64,000 bases of DNA from contig CAWJRG010000005.1 in assembly GCA_963845185.1 (NCBI GenBank), forward strand, positions 224,001-288,000, in the 5' to 3' direction. Shown in pieces: positions 1-9,335 of this stretch; the first letter of the stretch is position 1, and each line of letters opens with the position of its first letter. This DNA comes from an uncultured bacterium. GTDB taxonomy: Bacteria > Oederibacteriota > PGYV01 > CAWJRG01. Both the position numbers and the translations under genes were made by a program. Below the pieces are notes generated by a model, which worked only from the letters and a program-made list of their open reading frames with translations, was not told the origin of the DNA and did no database searches.

Positions 1-502
1 TATATCCTGTGGTTTCGTTATATATTTATTTTTTAGTTTGTTAACAACAAGCATAACAATTTTTTTATAAGTACCGCGCCATCCCGCATGCACGGCTGCT
101 ACAACTTTTTTGACAGGGTCCACAAGGATTATTCCTGCGCAATCCGCGACTTTAACTCCCACTGCCAGTTTCCTTTCCTTTGTTATCAACGCGTCTGCTT
201 TTGTTTTTATTATTTTTACTTTGTTTTTTTTTGTTACTTCAACTATTTTTTCTTCCGTGAACCTGCACCGGGGCGTAAAGCTCTTCTATATTCAGGGCTT
301 TTTTAATCCGCTCAAGATTTTTTTTTATATTTTCAGAATTATCGTTTGTGTTGAATCCTGTATTTAAACTGCTGTAATTTCCCCTGCTCACGCCGCCCAA
401 TCTGGTAGTCATCGCCTCCAGAAATATTTCCGTACCGTTGATTCTCTTATTTTGGAAAAAAACTAAATTATTTTTTTTATTTATCTTGTAATCTTTGTTC
501 AT
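1..502 (-). pseudogene. pgeF: Peptidoglycan editing factor / purine nucleoside phosphorylase (DUF152); frameshifted at 246-251, 3' end outside window
   Basis: ORF 239-502 has TTRLGGVS..YSSLN and QVHG. Removing one base from the T6 run at 246-251 continues into KADALIT..VADCAGIILVD..AVHAGWRG, the DUF152 motifs. Follows ftsZ/amidase. Probably an intact gene with a sequencing error. Confidence 0.85.
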
Positions 503-531
503 TTTTCTTCTGCCTGTTTTCCACGTTTTTT

Positions 532-1758
532 CTATTCTTTGCTCTGCATTTCCGCAGTCTTTCCTATATATTCCATGATTCCATTGGCTATTGTCTGGGC
601 AACTGTGTCCCTGTAAACACTGCTTTGCATCTGCTGTGCTTCCCTGTAATTGGATATGAATCCTATTTCCACAAGTACAGATGGCATATTAGTGTTTGCC
701 AGCACGTAAAAAGGAGCCCGCTCTGTGGGCACCCACTTAAGCTTGAATTTCCTGACAAGGTTACGCTGTATATACCCGGCTGCTTCTATGCTTAAATATT
801 CAAATGCGCTTTTACGCAGGTCATTCAACAGGAATTCAAAAAAACTCACATTTTTATTTTCGGCTTTTGCTGCTTCAGCAGCTTCCTGGGATGAGGCGGT
901 CCTGCTATATATATAAGTTCTCAACCCCTGGACTTCCCTGTTATAGGAGGAGTTGCAATGAATGCTGAGAAACAAATCCGCACTTTTCATATTGGCGTAA
1001 ACTGCCCTGTCCTTTAATGATATAAAATTATCGCTGTCCCTCGTTATAAGTACACCTACCGGATACTGCCTTAGATATGCCATCACGCGCGACGCTACAT
1101 CCAGCGTAATGTCTTTTTCGTTAATACCGTTGGCTTGGGCTCCGGGATCCTTGCCGCCGTGTCCCGGGTCAATCACTATTATCTTCCTGTGACCGGTTTT
1201 CACAGGTTGCTCCCTCATTACTTTTATTATTTCCTTTTTTGTCAATACAGGAGCTGCCTGTTTTAATTCATTTATCTGTGCTTGGCCTGCTTGTTCTTCA
1301 TTTGTCTGCTCTTCAACTTTTTTTTCAACTGCAACTACAGAATTTTTCTTTTTGGTTTTAACCCCCTGTTTCTCCTTTACAGTTTCAATTTTCTGTTGTT
1401 CCTTTACGGCTTCAACTTCCGGCTTTTCCTCAGGTTCCTCCATTATATTTGAAATCATTGTAAAAGCATAATCGCTTATAAAAACATCCGAGTTAGAAAC
1501 AAATGGTGCGCTGTCGATTCTTATCAGCCTGTTTTTATATACAATATAAGGATAATTGAAAAAAAGCCTGATATTCTTATTCCCGGCCTTTATTAGCACG
1601 GAATTGTATTCCCACTGAAAGGAAATATCTGCTTTTTTTTCACTTGCAAGGTATTTGACGTTGACAATATCACTGGCAGATACACTGACTGATAGAATAA
1701 AAAAACAAAATACTACTGTCAATAATTTCATAAGGGGGTTAAACCCTGCGGTTTTCAA
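532..1758 (-). CDS. N-acetylmuramoyl-L-alanine amidase (Amidase_3, AmiC-like) with signal peptide
   Basis: IVIDPGHGGKDPG, EKDITL, SIHCNS, SVLVEIGFISN motifs. Confidence 0.93.
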   Translation of the reverse strand: MKTAGFNPLMKLLTVVFCFFILSVSVSASDIVNVKYLASEKKADISFQWEYNSVLIKAGNKNIRLFFNYPYIVYKNRLIRIDSAPFVSNSDVFISDYAFTMISNIMEEPEEKPEVEAVKEQQKIETVKEKQGVKTKKKNSVVAVEKKVEEQTNEEQAGQAQINELKQAAPVLTKKEIIKVMREQPVKTGHRKIIVIDPGHGGKDPGAQANGINEKDITLDVASRVMAYLRQYPVGVLITRDSDNFISLKDRAVYANMKSADLFLSIHCNSSYNREVQGLRTYIYSRTASSQEAAEAAKAENKNVSFFEFLLNDLRKSAFEYLSIEAAGYIQRNLVRKFKLKWVPTERAPFYVLANTNMPSVLVEIGFISNYREAQQMQSSVYRDTVAQTIANGIMEYIGKTAEMQSKE

Positions 1759-1833
1759 GCAAATCGCTCCTTCAAATAGAAATGTCTATTTGTTTAGTCA
1801 CTCATACTTTGTATAGATATTAAAATTTGCCTT

Positions 1834-3024
1834 TTAATTTAACTGAGCCGGCGGCTGCTGGGATTTCATCCTCTTTAACTGCGCAGGTGGCTCTTGTGAA
1901 TTTATTCTCTCCCATGCCGGCATATCAATCATCTCGTTTGAATAATTATCCTCCATTAGCTTATTTATTGTGGTTAAAAGTTTGACTTCTTTTGTTTTTT
2001 TCTCTTCCTTTTCGCGGTAATAGTCTGCTCCTGACCTTATTCCTGCTATCAGTATTGTTACTTCTATTTCGTCACCCATTGATGGGTCATTTGCCCATCC
2101 GAATTTTACCCACGGTTTCTCGCCGTCTTGTCCTACGTCATGCTGCGCCTTGATATTTTCTATTTCCTTTATCTCGTTTAAAGTTATGTTTCCCATGTAA
2201 TTCGCGAGTATTATCTTGGCACCCGTCAGTTTTATATCATCCAGGAAAGGATTTTTTATGGCATTCTCATATGCTCTCTTTGCCCTGTCAACACCGCCTG
2301 CCCTGCCTATGCCTATGAACGCGTTACCGCCTTCTTTCAGCGCTGTTCTCACATCCTCAAAATCAATGTTCTGTTCACCTGTAAGCGTAATCATTTTAAC
2401 AATACCGTTTATGATGTTTATCAGAGCTTTGTTTACTTCGGCATACGCTTCGGGCATTGATTTGTTCTTATCGAAAATTTTAAACAAATTTTCGTTTGAG
2501 ATCGTAATTACCGTGTCTGCCTTTTCCTTCAAACTAGCCATTGATTCTTCCACTATGCTAGCTTTCGTTTCGTTAAGCTCCACGCTAAATGGCGTAATGA
2601 CTACAGCTACAGTGAGTATGCCGGCGCTTCTTGCCAGCTCGGCAATTACCGGCGATGCGCCTGAGCCCGTTCCTCCGCCCAGCCCGGCTACAATAAATAG
2701 CAAGTCAGTGCCTGTGAGTTTGTTATCAATCAGGCTTCTATCCTCTTCTGCAGATTTCCTCCCTATTTCCGGTTTATTCCCGCTTCCCCTGCCCCTGGTA
2801 ATCTGCCTTCCTATCTGGATTTTCTCATGCGCGTTTATCTTGCCCAGTGACTGCAGGTCTGTATTCACGCCAATAAGCTCCGCATCGTTGATGCCTGTGC
2901 CGTACATGGCGTTAATTATGTTGCAGCCGCATCCTCCCACACCTATCACCTTTATAATTGCACCCACATACTGTTCCAATTCCTTTGTTTCTACGATCTC
3001 AAACTGTTTGTCGATAATCGACAT
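1834..3024 (-). CDS. ftsZ: Cell division protein FtsZ (divergent)
   Basis: IKVIGVGGCGCN, GLGGGTGSG tubulin motif, NIDFEDV; follows ftsA. Confidence 0.96.
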   Translation of the reverse strand: MSIIDKQFEIVETKELEQYVGAIIKVIGVGGCGCNIINAMYGTGINDAELIGVNTDLQSLGKINAHEKIQIGRQITRGRGSGNKPEIGRKSAEEDRSLIDNKLTGTDLLFIVAGLGGGTGSGASPVIAELARSAGILTVAVVITPFSVELNETKASIVEESMASLKEKADTVITISNENLFKIFDKNKSMPEAYAEVNKALINIINGIVKMITLTGEQNIDFEDVRTALKEGGNAFIGIGRAGGVDRAKRAYENAIKNPFLDDIKLTGAKIILANYMGNITLNEIKEIENIKAQHDVGQDGEKPWVKFGWANDPSMGDEIEVTILIAGIRSGADYYREKEEKKTKEVKLLTTINKLMEDNYSNEMIDMPAWERINSQEPPAQLKRMKSQQPPAQLN

Positions 3025-3038
3025 AAAACACCTCCTCC

Positions 3039-4289
3039 TTAGAAAAATTCGCTGATCAGTTTTTTAATGAATAAAATTATCCTGTCGATAAGGCTTTTTG
3101 AACCCAGAAAACGGTTGTTCATTCCCTGCTCGTGGATGTAGTAATCAATAAGCCCTATAGCTGTCGCGTACTCGGGTGTGCTTATTATATCGTAAAGCCC
3201 TACTATCTTTTCTTTCATAGGCACGCCGATCCGGCCTCTTACGTTCATTTGTTCTTTTATCAACCTTTCCATGCCATGTAAAAGTGCGCTGCCGCCTGTA
3301 ACCACAACCCCGCTTCCGTACATGGTCTTGTCTATTCCTTCCTTTTTTAGCTCTTCCTTTACGAATTCTATCATTTCCTCTGCTCTTGGCTTGATATACT
3401 GCACCAGTTCCCTCCTGTGGATTGTAGCCTTTTTATCGCTGGTCATATCAGGCACCTCAATTAATTCCGCATCTCCTGCATCTTCGCTGTAAAGCAACCC
3501 GTGTTTCCTCTTGATTTCCTCAGCTGCGCTTTTGGAAGTCTGCAAACCCTGCACTATGTCGTTCGTAAGGTGCGAACCCCCCACTGGTATTACTTTGGTG
3601 AACCTGAAAGCGTCCCTGTTATAAAGCGCCATGTCTATTGTTCCGCCCCCTATGTCGAGCATGAGAACCCCAATATCCTTCTCGTCCTGGTAAAGCACTG
3701 CCTGGGCCGACGCGAGAGGCTGCAGTATAATGTCCTCCAGCCTGTAGCCTGCCCTTTGAACGCATTTTTTCACGTTGTCTATGGCTGTGGTTGCGGCTGT
3801 GATTATATATACATCGACCTCCAACTTCAAACCCGTCATGCCTACAGGATTTTTTATCTCATCCTGAGAGTCAACTATATACTGTACCGGCAGTATATGC
3901 AGTATTTCCCTGTCATGGGAAATAGGCACGCTTGTGGAAAGCTCTATAGCTCTTTCCTTGTCTTCTTCATTTATTTCCTTCTGTTTCGAATGCGACAACG
4001 ATGTGCCTCCGTGACTTTTTATTCCCATTATGTGCCTGCCTGATATCGAAGCTATTACCGACTCTACTTTCAGGTTTGCCATTTCTTCTGCTTTTTCTAT
4101 GGATTTCTTTATCGCGTCCGCCGTTTCGGATATATTAATTATGCTGCCTTTCAGGACTCCGTGGTTTTCCTGCCAGCCAACGCCGATTATATTTATTTCC
4201 TCGCCGTTTACTTCTGCAATCACTGTGCATGCCTTTGTAGTGCCTATGTCGAGGGCCGCTATCACGTTTTCCAGTTTTGAATACGCCAT
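3039..4289 (-). CDS. ftsA: Cell division protein FtsA
   Basis: LDIGTTK, DIGGGT, VVTGGSA actin-fold motifs; start placed at MAYSK (4289). Confidence 0.96.
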   Translation of the reverse strand: MAYSKLENVIAALDIGTTKACTVIAEVNGEEINIIGVGWQENHGVLKGSIINISETADAIKKSIEKAEEMANLKVESVIASISGRHIMGIKSHGGTSLSHSKQKEINEEDKERAIELSTSVPISHDREILHILPVQYIVDSQDEIKNPVGMTGLKLEVDVYIITAATTAIDNVKKCVQRAGYRLEDIILQPLASAQAVLYQDEKDIGVLMLDIGGGTIDMALYNRDAFRFTKVIPVGGSHLTNDIVQGLQTSKSAAEEIKRKHGLLYSEDAGDAELIEVPDMTSDKKATIHRRELVQYIKPRAEEMIEFVKEELKKEGIDKTMYGSGVVVTGGSALLHGMERLIKEQMNVRGRIGVPMKEKIVGLYDIISTPEYATAIGLIDYYIHEQGMNNRFLGSKSLIDRIILFIKKLISEFF

Positions 4290-4306
4290 TTTGCGCTCAC
4301 CACCTT

Positions 4307-4906
4307 TCATTTGATTATTATTTTATCTTTAAAACGTATGTCTACCGTGCTGAATTTCTTATGCAATTTTTTGAATTTCTCCGCAGCCAGAACGTAATTT
4401 TCCAGCATTTCATCCGTTATTCTGTCTCCCGCAATTATCTTTTTGCCGTCAATCGTAATTAGGAATATCTTGTCCGGGTTGTTTATGTTTATTTCCGATA
4501 TGTCCGACAGGTATTTTTTATCGATCTTCAGCGCCTGGCTCATCGCTTTTCTTTTCTGCTCGTTTTTTTCCGTCAGTGCAGCACCGGAAAGCACCGGCAG
4601 GTCGGATTTGTCCACGTTATTGTCGACGAACTTTATCATGCCATTGCTGTAAATAATGTAAAAATTATCCTTGATTATGAAATATTTCGGCACGGCAAAA
4701 AGCGAAGGCACTGAAATATTTATTCTAAATTCTCTGGTCTGAAAAAAATACTTTATGAGAAGGCCAGTGCAGAAAAGCAGTATGATAACGGTCGTTCCCG
4801 TAATAAGTATTCTCCGTATTGTGTACGAAAGATTCCTTAAAGCGACGCTGCCGCCTCCCGTATTCATCCTGCGCACAAAATACCTTCTTTTTTCAATCAA
4901 TTTCAT
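4307..4906 (-). CDS. ftsQ: FtsQ/DivIB-like protein, short (199 aa)
   Basis: Single TM, LPVLSG, ISEIN, C-terminal VDIRFKDKIII; lies between ddl and ftsA. Confidence 0.8.
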   Translation of the reverse strand: MKLIEKRRYFVRRMNTGGGSVALRNLSYTIRRILITGTTVIILLFCTGLLIKYFFQTREFRINISVPSLFAVPKYFIIKDNFYIIYSNGMIKFVDNNVDKSDLPVLSGAALTEKNEQKRKAMSQALKIDKKYLSDISEININNPDKIFLITIDGKKIIAGDRITDEMLENYVLAAEKFKKLHKKFSTVDIRFKDKIIIK

Positions 4907-5820
4907 TGCCTCCTTATGGCGCGTTTCAATAGAATTACTATCATTTCATAAAAACTTATACCTGCCGCTTTTGCGGCTTCCGGTAAAAGACTCACGGGTG
5001 TCATTCCCGGTATTGTGTTGATCTCAAGCACATATATCTTTTTGCCCTGCAAAATCACGTCTGTCCTTGACATGTCTTTACACCCTAGTAGTTTGTGAAC
5101 CTTCATTGCCGTTTCCCCGGATTTTTTTGTGTTCTCCCGGCCTATCCTCGCTGGTATTATATGATTTGATTTTCCCGGGGTATATTTGGCGTCGTAATCG
5201 TAAAATTTATTTGACGGTATTATTTCGATTATCGGCAGGACTCTTTCGCCCAAAACCGGTACTGATATCTCAATTCCTTTAATATACTTCTGTACCATTA
5301 CCACTTTGCTTAATTTCTTTACTTTAGGGAATTTATCCATGGCTTCTTTTAAATTTTTCACTATAAATACTCCAACGGCAGAACCTTCTGCCTCGGGTTT
5401 TAAGACAAGCGGGTATTTTATCTTAATTCTTTTTAGTTCTTCCTTGCTTGTAACAACGGCCCATTCAGGTACCGTAATTCCGTTATAACCGAGTATTTCC
5501 TGTGTTTTCACTTTGTTCATGGCAAGCGCTGAAGATAGAACTCCTGACCCTGTATATGGGATTTGCAAAAACTCCAATATAGCCTGTATTACTCCGTCCT
5601 CGCCATATGTTCCATGTAGCGCTATAAAAGCCGCATCTATTTTCGATTTAATAATTTTATCAATGCTGTGCGAATCAATATCCAAGGCAACGACATTATG
5701 GCCGTTATTTTTAAGTTCATTATAAACTCCTTTGCCTGTCATAAGCGAAACTTCCCTTTCACTTGATATTCCGCCCATCAGCACACCTATCTTCAGTTTC
5801 TTTAAATCCTTGCTTTTCAT
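4903..5820 (-). CDS. ddl: D-alanine--D-alanine ligase
   Basis: GGISSEREVS, LHGTYGEDG, EINTIPGMT. Confidence 0.97.
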   Translation of the reverse strand: MKSKDLKKLKIGVLMGGISSEREVSLMTGKGVYNELKNNGHNVVALDIDSHSIDKIIKSKIDAAFIALHGTYGEDGVIQAILEFLQIPYTGSGVLSSALAMNKVKTQEILGYNGITVPEWAVVTSKEELKRIKIKYPLVLKPEAEGSAVGVFIVKNLKEAMDKFPKVKKLSKVVMVQKYIKGIEISVPVLGERVLPIIEIIPSNKFYDYDAKYTPGKSNHIIPARIGRENTKKSGETAMKVHKLLGCKDMSRTDVILQGKKIYVLEINTIPGMTPVSLLPEAAKAAGISFYEMIVILLKRAIRRQ

Positions 5821-5835
5821 AGTTTTCCTTCCTAG

Positions 5836-5882
5836 TGTTTAAAGTTTAATGTTTTAAAAACTTTAAACCTTAAACATTAAAC
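5836..5882. repeat. Short tandem heptamer repeats in inverted arrangement
   Basis: tgtttaa agtttaa tgttttaa ... tttaaac cttaaac attaaac. Confidence 0.6.
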
Positions 5883-5887
5883 TTATT

Positions 5888-6787
5888 TTATTTCACGTAT
5901 ATTATTTCCTCTTCAAGCTTTATTTTTGACTTCCTTTTTACTTCTTTTTTTACTTTTTTTATAAGCTCGCTCACGTCTTCAAACGTTGCGTTATGCGCGT
6001 TTATTATAAAATTTGCGTGTTTTTCGGAAACTTTTGCGCCGCCAATGCGTAGCCCTTTTAATCCGGCTTTTTCTATAATTTCACCACTGGAATAATTTTT
6101 TCCGTTTTTAAACACTGAGCCGGCGCTCGGGAAATTAAGCGGGTGCTTCTTTTTCCTGTTATCTATTTTTGCCTTTATTTCAGACAACATTTCATATCTG
6201 TCCCGTTTTATTAAGCCTTTAAATTCCGCGCCGAGTATTATGTCTTTCGTTACCTGAAAAATGCTGTACCTGTATGCAAAACGGCATTTTTTATTTTCAA
6301 TTTTCTTTATTTTTCCCATCCTGTCCATTACATATACAAAATCAATTACGTCGGCCATTGACTTTGCCCTTATGCCGGCATTCATATAGATCGCGCCTCC
6401 CAGGCTTCCGGGTATTCCGGCAGTAAATTCAAGGCCTGAAAGCTCAAACCTGGCCAGTTGTTCCAGAAGCTGGTGCATTTTTATTCCTGCTCCAGCGTAA
6501 ACCGTTTCTTCCTTTATATTTACCTTTTCAAAATCCCCTTTCAGCGAGATAAAAATGATATTTATTTTACCGTCGTTGACCAAGAGGTTTGACCACCTGC
6601 CGACTACCATAATTTTCTTCTTATATTTTTTTAGCACACGCACTAGGTAAATCAGCTCTGCCATGTCCCTAGCCACCGCATATCCTTCTGCCTTGCCTCC
6701 TATTTTGAAAGAAGTCAGATGTTTTACGCTGTAATCCTCGTAGCATTCTATGCCTTTTGCCTTTAATTCCTTGATAAAATTTTTCAT
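5888..6787 (-). CDS. murB: UDP-N-acetylenolpyruvoylglucosamine reductase
   Basis: TSFKIGG, GIPGSLGGAIYMNAG, SAGSVFKN, HANFIIN. Confidence 0.96.
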   Translation of the reverse strand: MKNFIKELKAKGIECYEDYSVKHLTSFKIGGKAEGYAVARDMAELIYLVRVLKKYKKKIMVVGRWSNLLVNDGKINIIFISLKGDFEKVNIKEETVYAGAGIKMHQLLEQLARFELSGLEFTAGIPGSLGGAIYMNAGIRAKSMADVIDFVYVMDRMGKIKKIENKKCRFAYRYSIFQVTKDIILGAEFKGLIKRDRYEMLSEIKAKIDNRKKKHPLNFPSAGSVFKNGKNYSSGEIIEKAGLKGLRIGGAKVSEKHANFIINAHNATFEDVSELIKKVKKEVKRKSKIKLEEEIIYVK

Positions 6788-8154
6788 TTTACCTTTAAAC
6801 CTTTTTCTATCTGCTCCCTTATCTGGTTCACCGTACCCGCGCCGAGCAGGAATATGTAATCGCCTTTTTTTGTTATTTTTTTAAGTTTTTCTATTATTTC
6901 AGGCCACGTTTTTTCATAATAAACATTTTTATATCCGTTCGCACGCATTCCGTCCCGGATAAGTGCTGACGTCACGCCAGGTATTGCCGCTTCCCTCGCC
7001 GGATAAATGTTGTCGAGTATCACGTAATCTGCTAGTCTTAAAGCGACGGCAAAATCTTTATACAGCTGCTGTGTCCTCGAGAATAAATGCGGCTGGAATA
7101 CTGCTATGATATTTTTATCCGTCACGTTCCTGCCTGTTTCGAGCACTGCCCTTATCTCTGTTGGGTGATGCGCGTAATCCTCGACTATGGTGTATTTTTT
7201 CTCATCGTAAACATTAAACCGCCTGTTCACGTTCCTGAATTTTTTAAGCGCTGCCTTTATCGCAGCTTTTTTCGCGCCAAGATCATAAGCTATCGCTATA
7301 GCGAGCAGCGCGTTCTGGACATTGTGCTTGCCCGCGATATTCAGCTCGAACTCTCCCATGTGATATCCCTTATAAACCACCTTAAACTTCTGAATGAACT
7401 TTTTTGATTCCGTGATTTCGGCAAACACGTCGTTTTTCCTGTCAAATCCGAATAGTATATGCCTTATATAAATTTTATCGAGTATGTCTCTCGTATTGGG
7501 GTCGTCCCCGTTCAGGTACGCCATGCCATAAAAAGGGGTTTTATTTATAAAACCGACGAACGCTTCCTTAAGCGAGTCCATTGTTTTGTAATAATCAAGG
7601 TGGTCGTCGTCGATATTCGTCACTCCCGTGATTACCGGGTTTAAATGCAAAAACGAGCCGAAAGCCTCGCATGCCTCTACAATAACATATTTGCTTCTCC
7701 CGGCCTTGGCGCTGCCGTGTATCGATTTTACTATCCCCCCTATTATATAGGTCGGGTCAAATTCCGCTTCTTCCAATATTTTTGCCAGCATTGACGTTGT
7801 CGTGGTTTTCCCATGCGATCCGGCAATGGCAATTCCGTATTTCAGCCTCATGACTTCATTAAGCATTACGGCCCGCGGTATGACCGGAATTTTCATTTCC
7901 TTCGCCTTTTGTATTTCCGGATTTGTGTCAGGCACCGCGTTTGAATAAACCAGCACTCCTGCGTTGCCTGCGTTCTCGGCTTTGTGCCCTATAAAAATCC
8001 TGCATCCTAGCTTTTTTAACCTGTCGGTGTTTTCAGAATTTTTCATGTCCGAACCAGTGACTTTATAGCCCATGTTAAAAAATATCTCGGCCAGTCCGTT
8101 CATGCCAGACCCGCCTATGCCGACAAAATGTATCCTTTTGATTTCAGGCAGCAT
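6784..8154 (-). CDS. murC: UDP-N-acetylmuramate--L-alanine ligase
   Basis: HFVGIGGSGM, GSHGKTTTT, DYAHHPTE, FQPH. Confidence 0.97.
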   Translation of the reverse strand: MLPEIKRIHFVGIGGSGMNGLAEIFFNMGYKVTGSDMKNSENTDRLKKLGCRIFIGHKAENAGNAGVLVYSNAVPDTNPEIQKAKEMKIPVIPRAVMLNEVMRLKYGIAIAGSHGKTTTTSMLAKILEEAEFDPTYIIGGIVKSIHGSAKAGRSKYVIVEACEAFGSFLHLNPVITGVTNIDDDHLDYYKTMDSLKEAFVGFINKTPFYGMAYLNGDDPNTRDILDKIYIRHILFGFDRKNDVFAEITESKKFIQKFKVVYKGYHMGEFELNIAGKHNVQNALLAIAIAYDLGAKKAAIKAALKKFRNVNRRFNVYDEKKYTIVEDYAHHPTEIRAVLETGRNVTDKNIIAVFQPHLFSRTQQLYKDFAVALRLADYVILDNIYPAREAAIPGVTSALIRDGMRANGYKNVYYEKTWPEIIEKLKKITKKGDYIFLLGAGTVNQIREQIEKGLKVK

Positions 8155-8168
8155 TTCTTTCTCCTTAT

Positions 8169-8263
8169 GATAGCGTTTATTTTGTCAAGCCAAAGGCAAT
8201 GACAAAATATTACGCTATCTTATACCCGCTCAAGTCCCGAGCTTGCGAGGGACAAGTGGTATA
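8169..8263 (-). repeat. Family A SD-abutting double hairpin (murC leader; overlaps murG 3' end)
   Basis: mRNA sense gatagcg-taa-tattttgtca..tgacaaaata-aa-cgctatc, then AAGGAGA SD; second hairpin gtccc..gggac. Confidence 0.9.
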
Positions 8264-9335
8264 TAATGTCCGTTATTTTTTTTGCTCCGTTTCCTTTATA
8301 CATGCTTTTCAATTTTTTTCTTATTAGGTTGTTTTCCTTTTTATCCAGTATTTTCTTCAGGGCTGTCACCACCGTCTCAGGTGTCAAATCCCTGTCTTTT
8401 ATTATCAGCCCAGCCTGCATTTTTTCAAAAACCGCCGCATTCTTTTCCTGGTGGTTATCGGTAGCATAAGGATACGGCACCAGTATTGCCGGGAATTTAA
8501 GCGCGGCTATTTCCGATAAAGTGCTGGCTCCTGCCCGCATTATTCCCGCGTCCGAAGCCGCATACGCCGAATCTACGTCATGTATAAAATCAAATGCCTT
8601 TATTTGTATTTTTTTATGGCCGGCTGCTGCTTTCTTTACTTCCTTCAAATCCGCCTTGCCGCACATCCATAAAATTTGAATGCCTTTGAGTTCTTTTTCC
8701 ATTGCGCCAATTGCCAAAATAAGCGTTTCGTTTATTTTGTGCGCAGCCCTGCTTCCCGGCATCACCAGTACAGTTTTGTTCGACGGCGACAGTGAAAAGA
8801 CTGCGAGCCCGGCTTTTTTGCTTTTGCCTTTTATGCCAGGTCTCACAGGGTTTCCAACTACAATTGTTTTCTTTCTTGGAAAATATTTAAGCGTTTCTTC
8901 AAAACCTACAGTAATAAAATTCACGAAAACCGAAAGCATTCTGTTTGCTATGCCAGGCACCATGTTCGGCTCGTGTATAAGCGTCCTTTTCTTAAGCAGA
9001 GCCGCCGCAAAAACCACCGGAAAAGACACGAAACCTCCGGTGCCTATCACAAAATCCGGGTTGAATTCCTTCACAATTTTTTTTGCGGCAAATACCGCCT
9101 TTATGTTCAAAAACAGGTTTGTTATATTTTTAAAAAATATTCTCCTGGCAAATGGCCTTGCCGTAACCTCTGCGTATTTGAATCCGTGCTTTAACATGAT
9201 TTCCCTTTCCATGCCATTATCGCTTCCGGCAAAAACAATCTTTGTTTTTTTATTCCTTCTTACCAGTTCTTCTGCTATGGCTATAGCCGGGAATATATGC
9301 CCCCCGGTTCCTCCGCAGGCCAGCATTATTCTCAT
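8220..9335 (-). CDS. murG: MurG glycosyltransferase
   Basis: GGTGGHIFP, HEPN, GNPVR, DNHQEKNA. Confidence 0.97.
   Translation of the reverse strand: MRIMLACGGTGGHIFPAIAIAEELVRRNKKTKIVFAGSDNGMEREIMLKHGFKYAEVTARPFARRIFFKNITNLFLNIKAVFAAKKIVKEFNPDFVIGTGGFVSFPVVFAAALLKKRTLIHEPNMVPGIANRMLSVFVNFITVGFEETLKYFPRKKTIVVGNPVRPGIKGKSKKAGLAVFSLSPSNKTVLVMPGSRAAHKINETLILAIGAMEKELKGIQILWMCGKADLKEVKKAAAGHKKIQIKAFDFIHDVDSAYAASDAGIMRAGASTLSEIAALKFPAILVPYPYATDNHQEKNAAVFEKMQAGLIIKDRDLTPETVVTALKKILDKKENNLIRKKLKSMYKGNGAKKITDIIYHLSLASSGLERV

Noticed and set aside
1774..1794. caaataga/tctatttg hairpin resembling the element B stem
   Set aside because: Lacks GGGTAG and the second stem; probably coincidental
2216..3055. 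Long antisense ORFs (also 8680-9399, 57042-58166 and others)
   Set aside because: Shadow frames opposite well-supported genes
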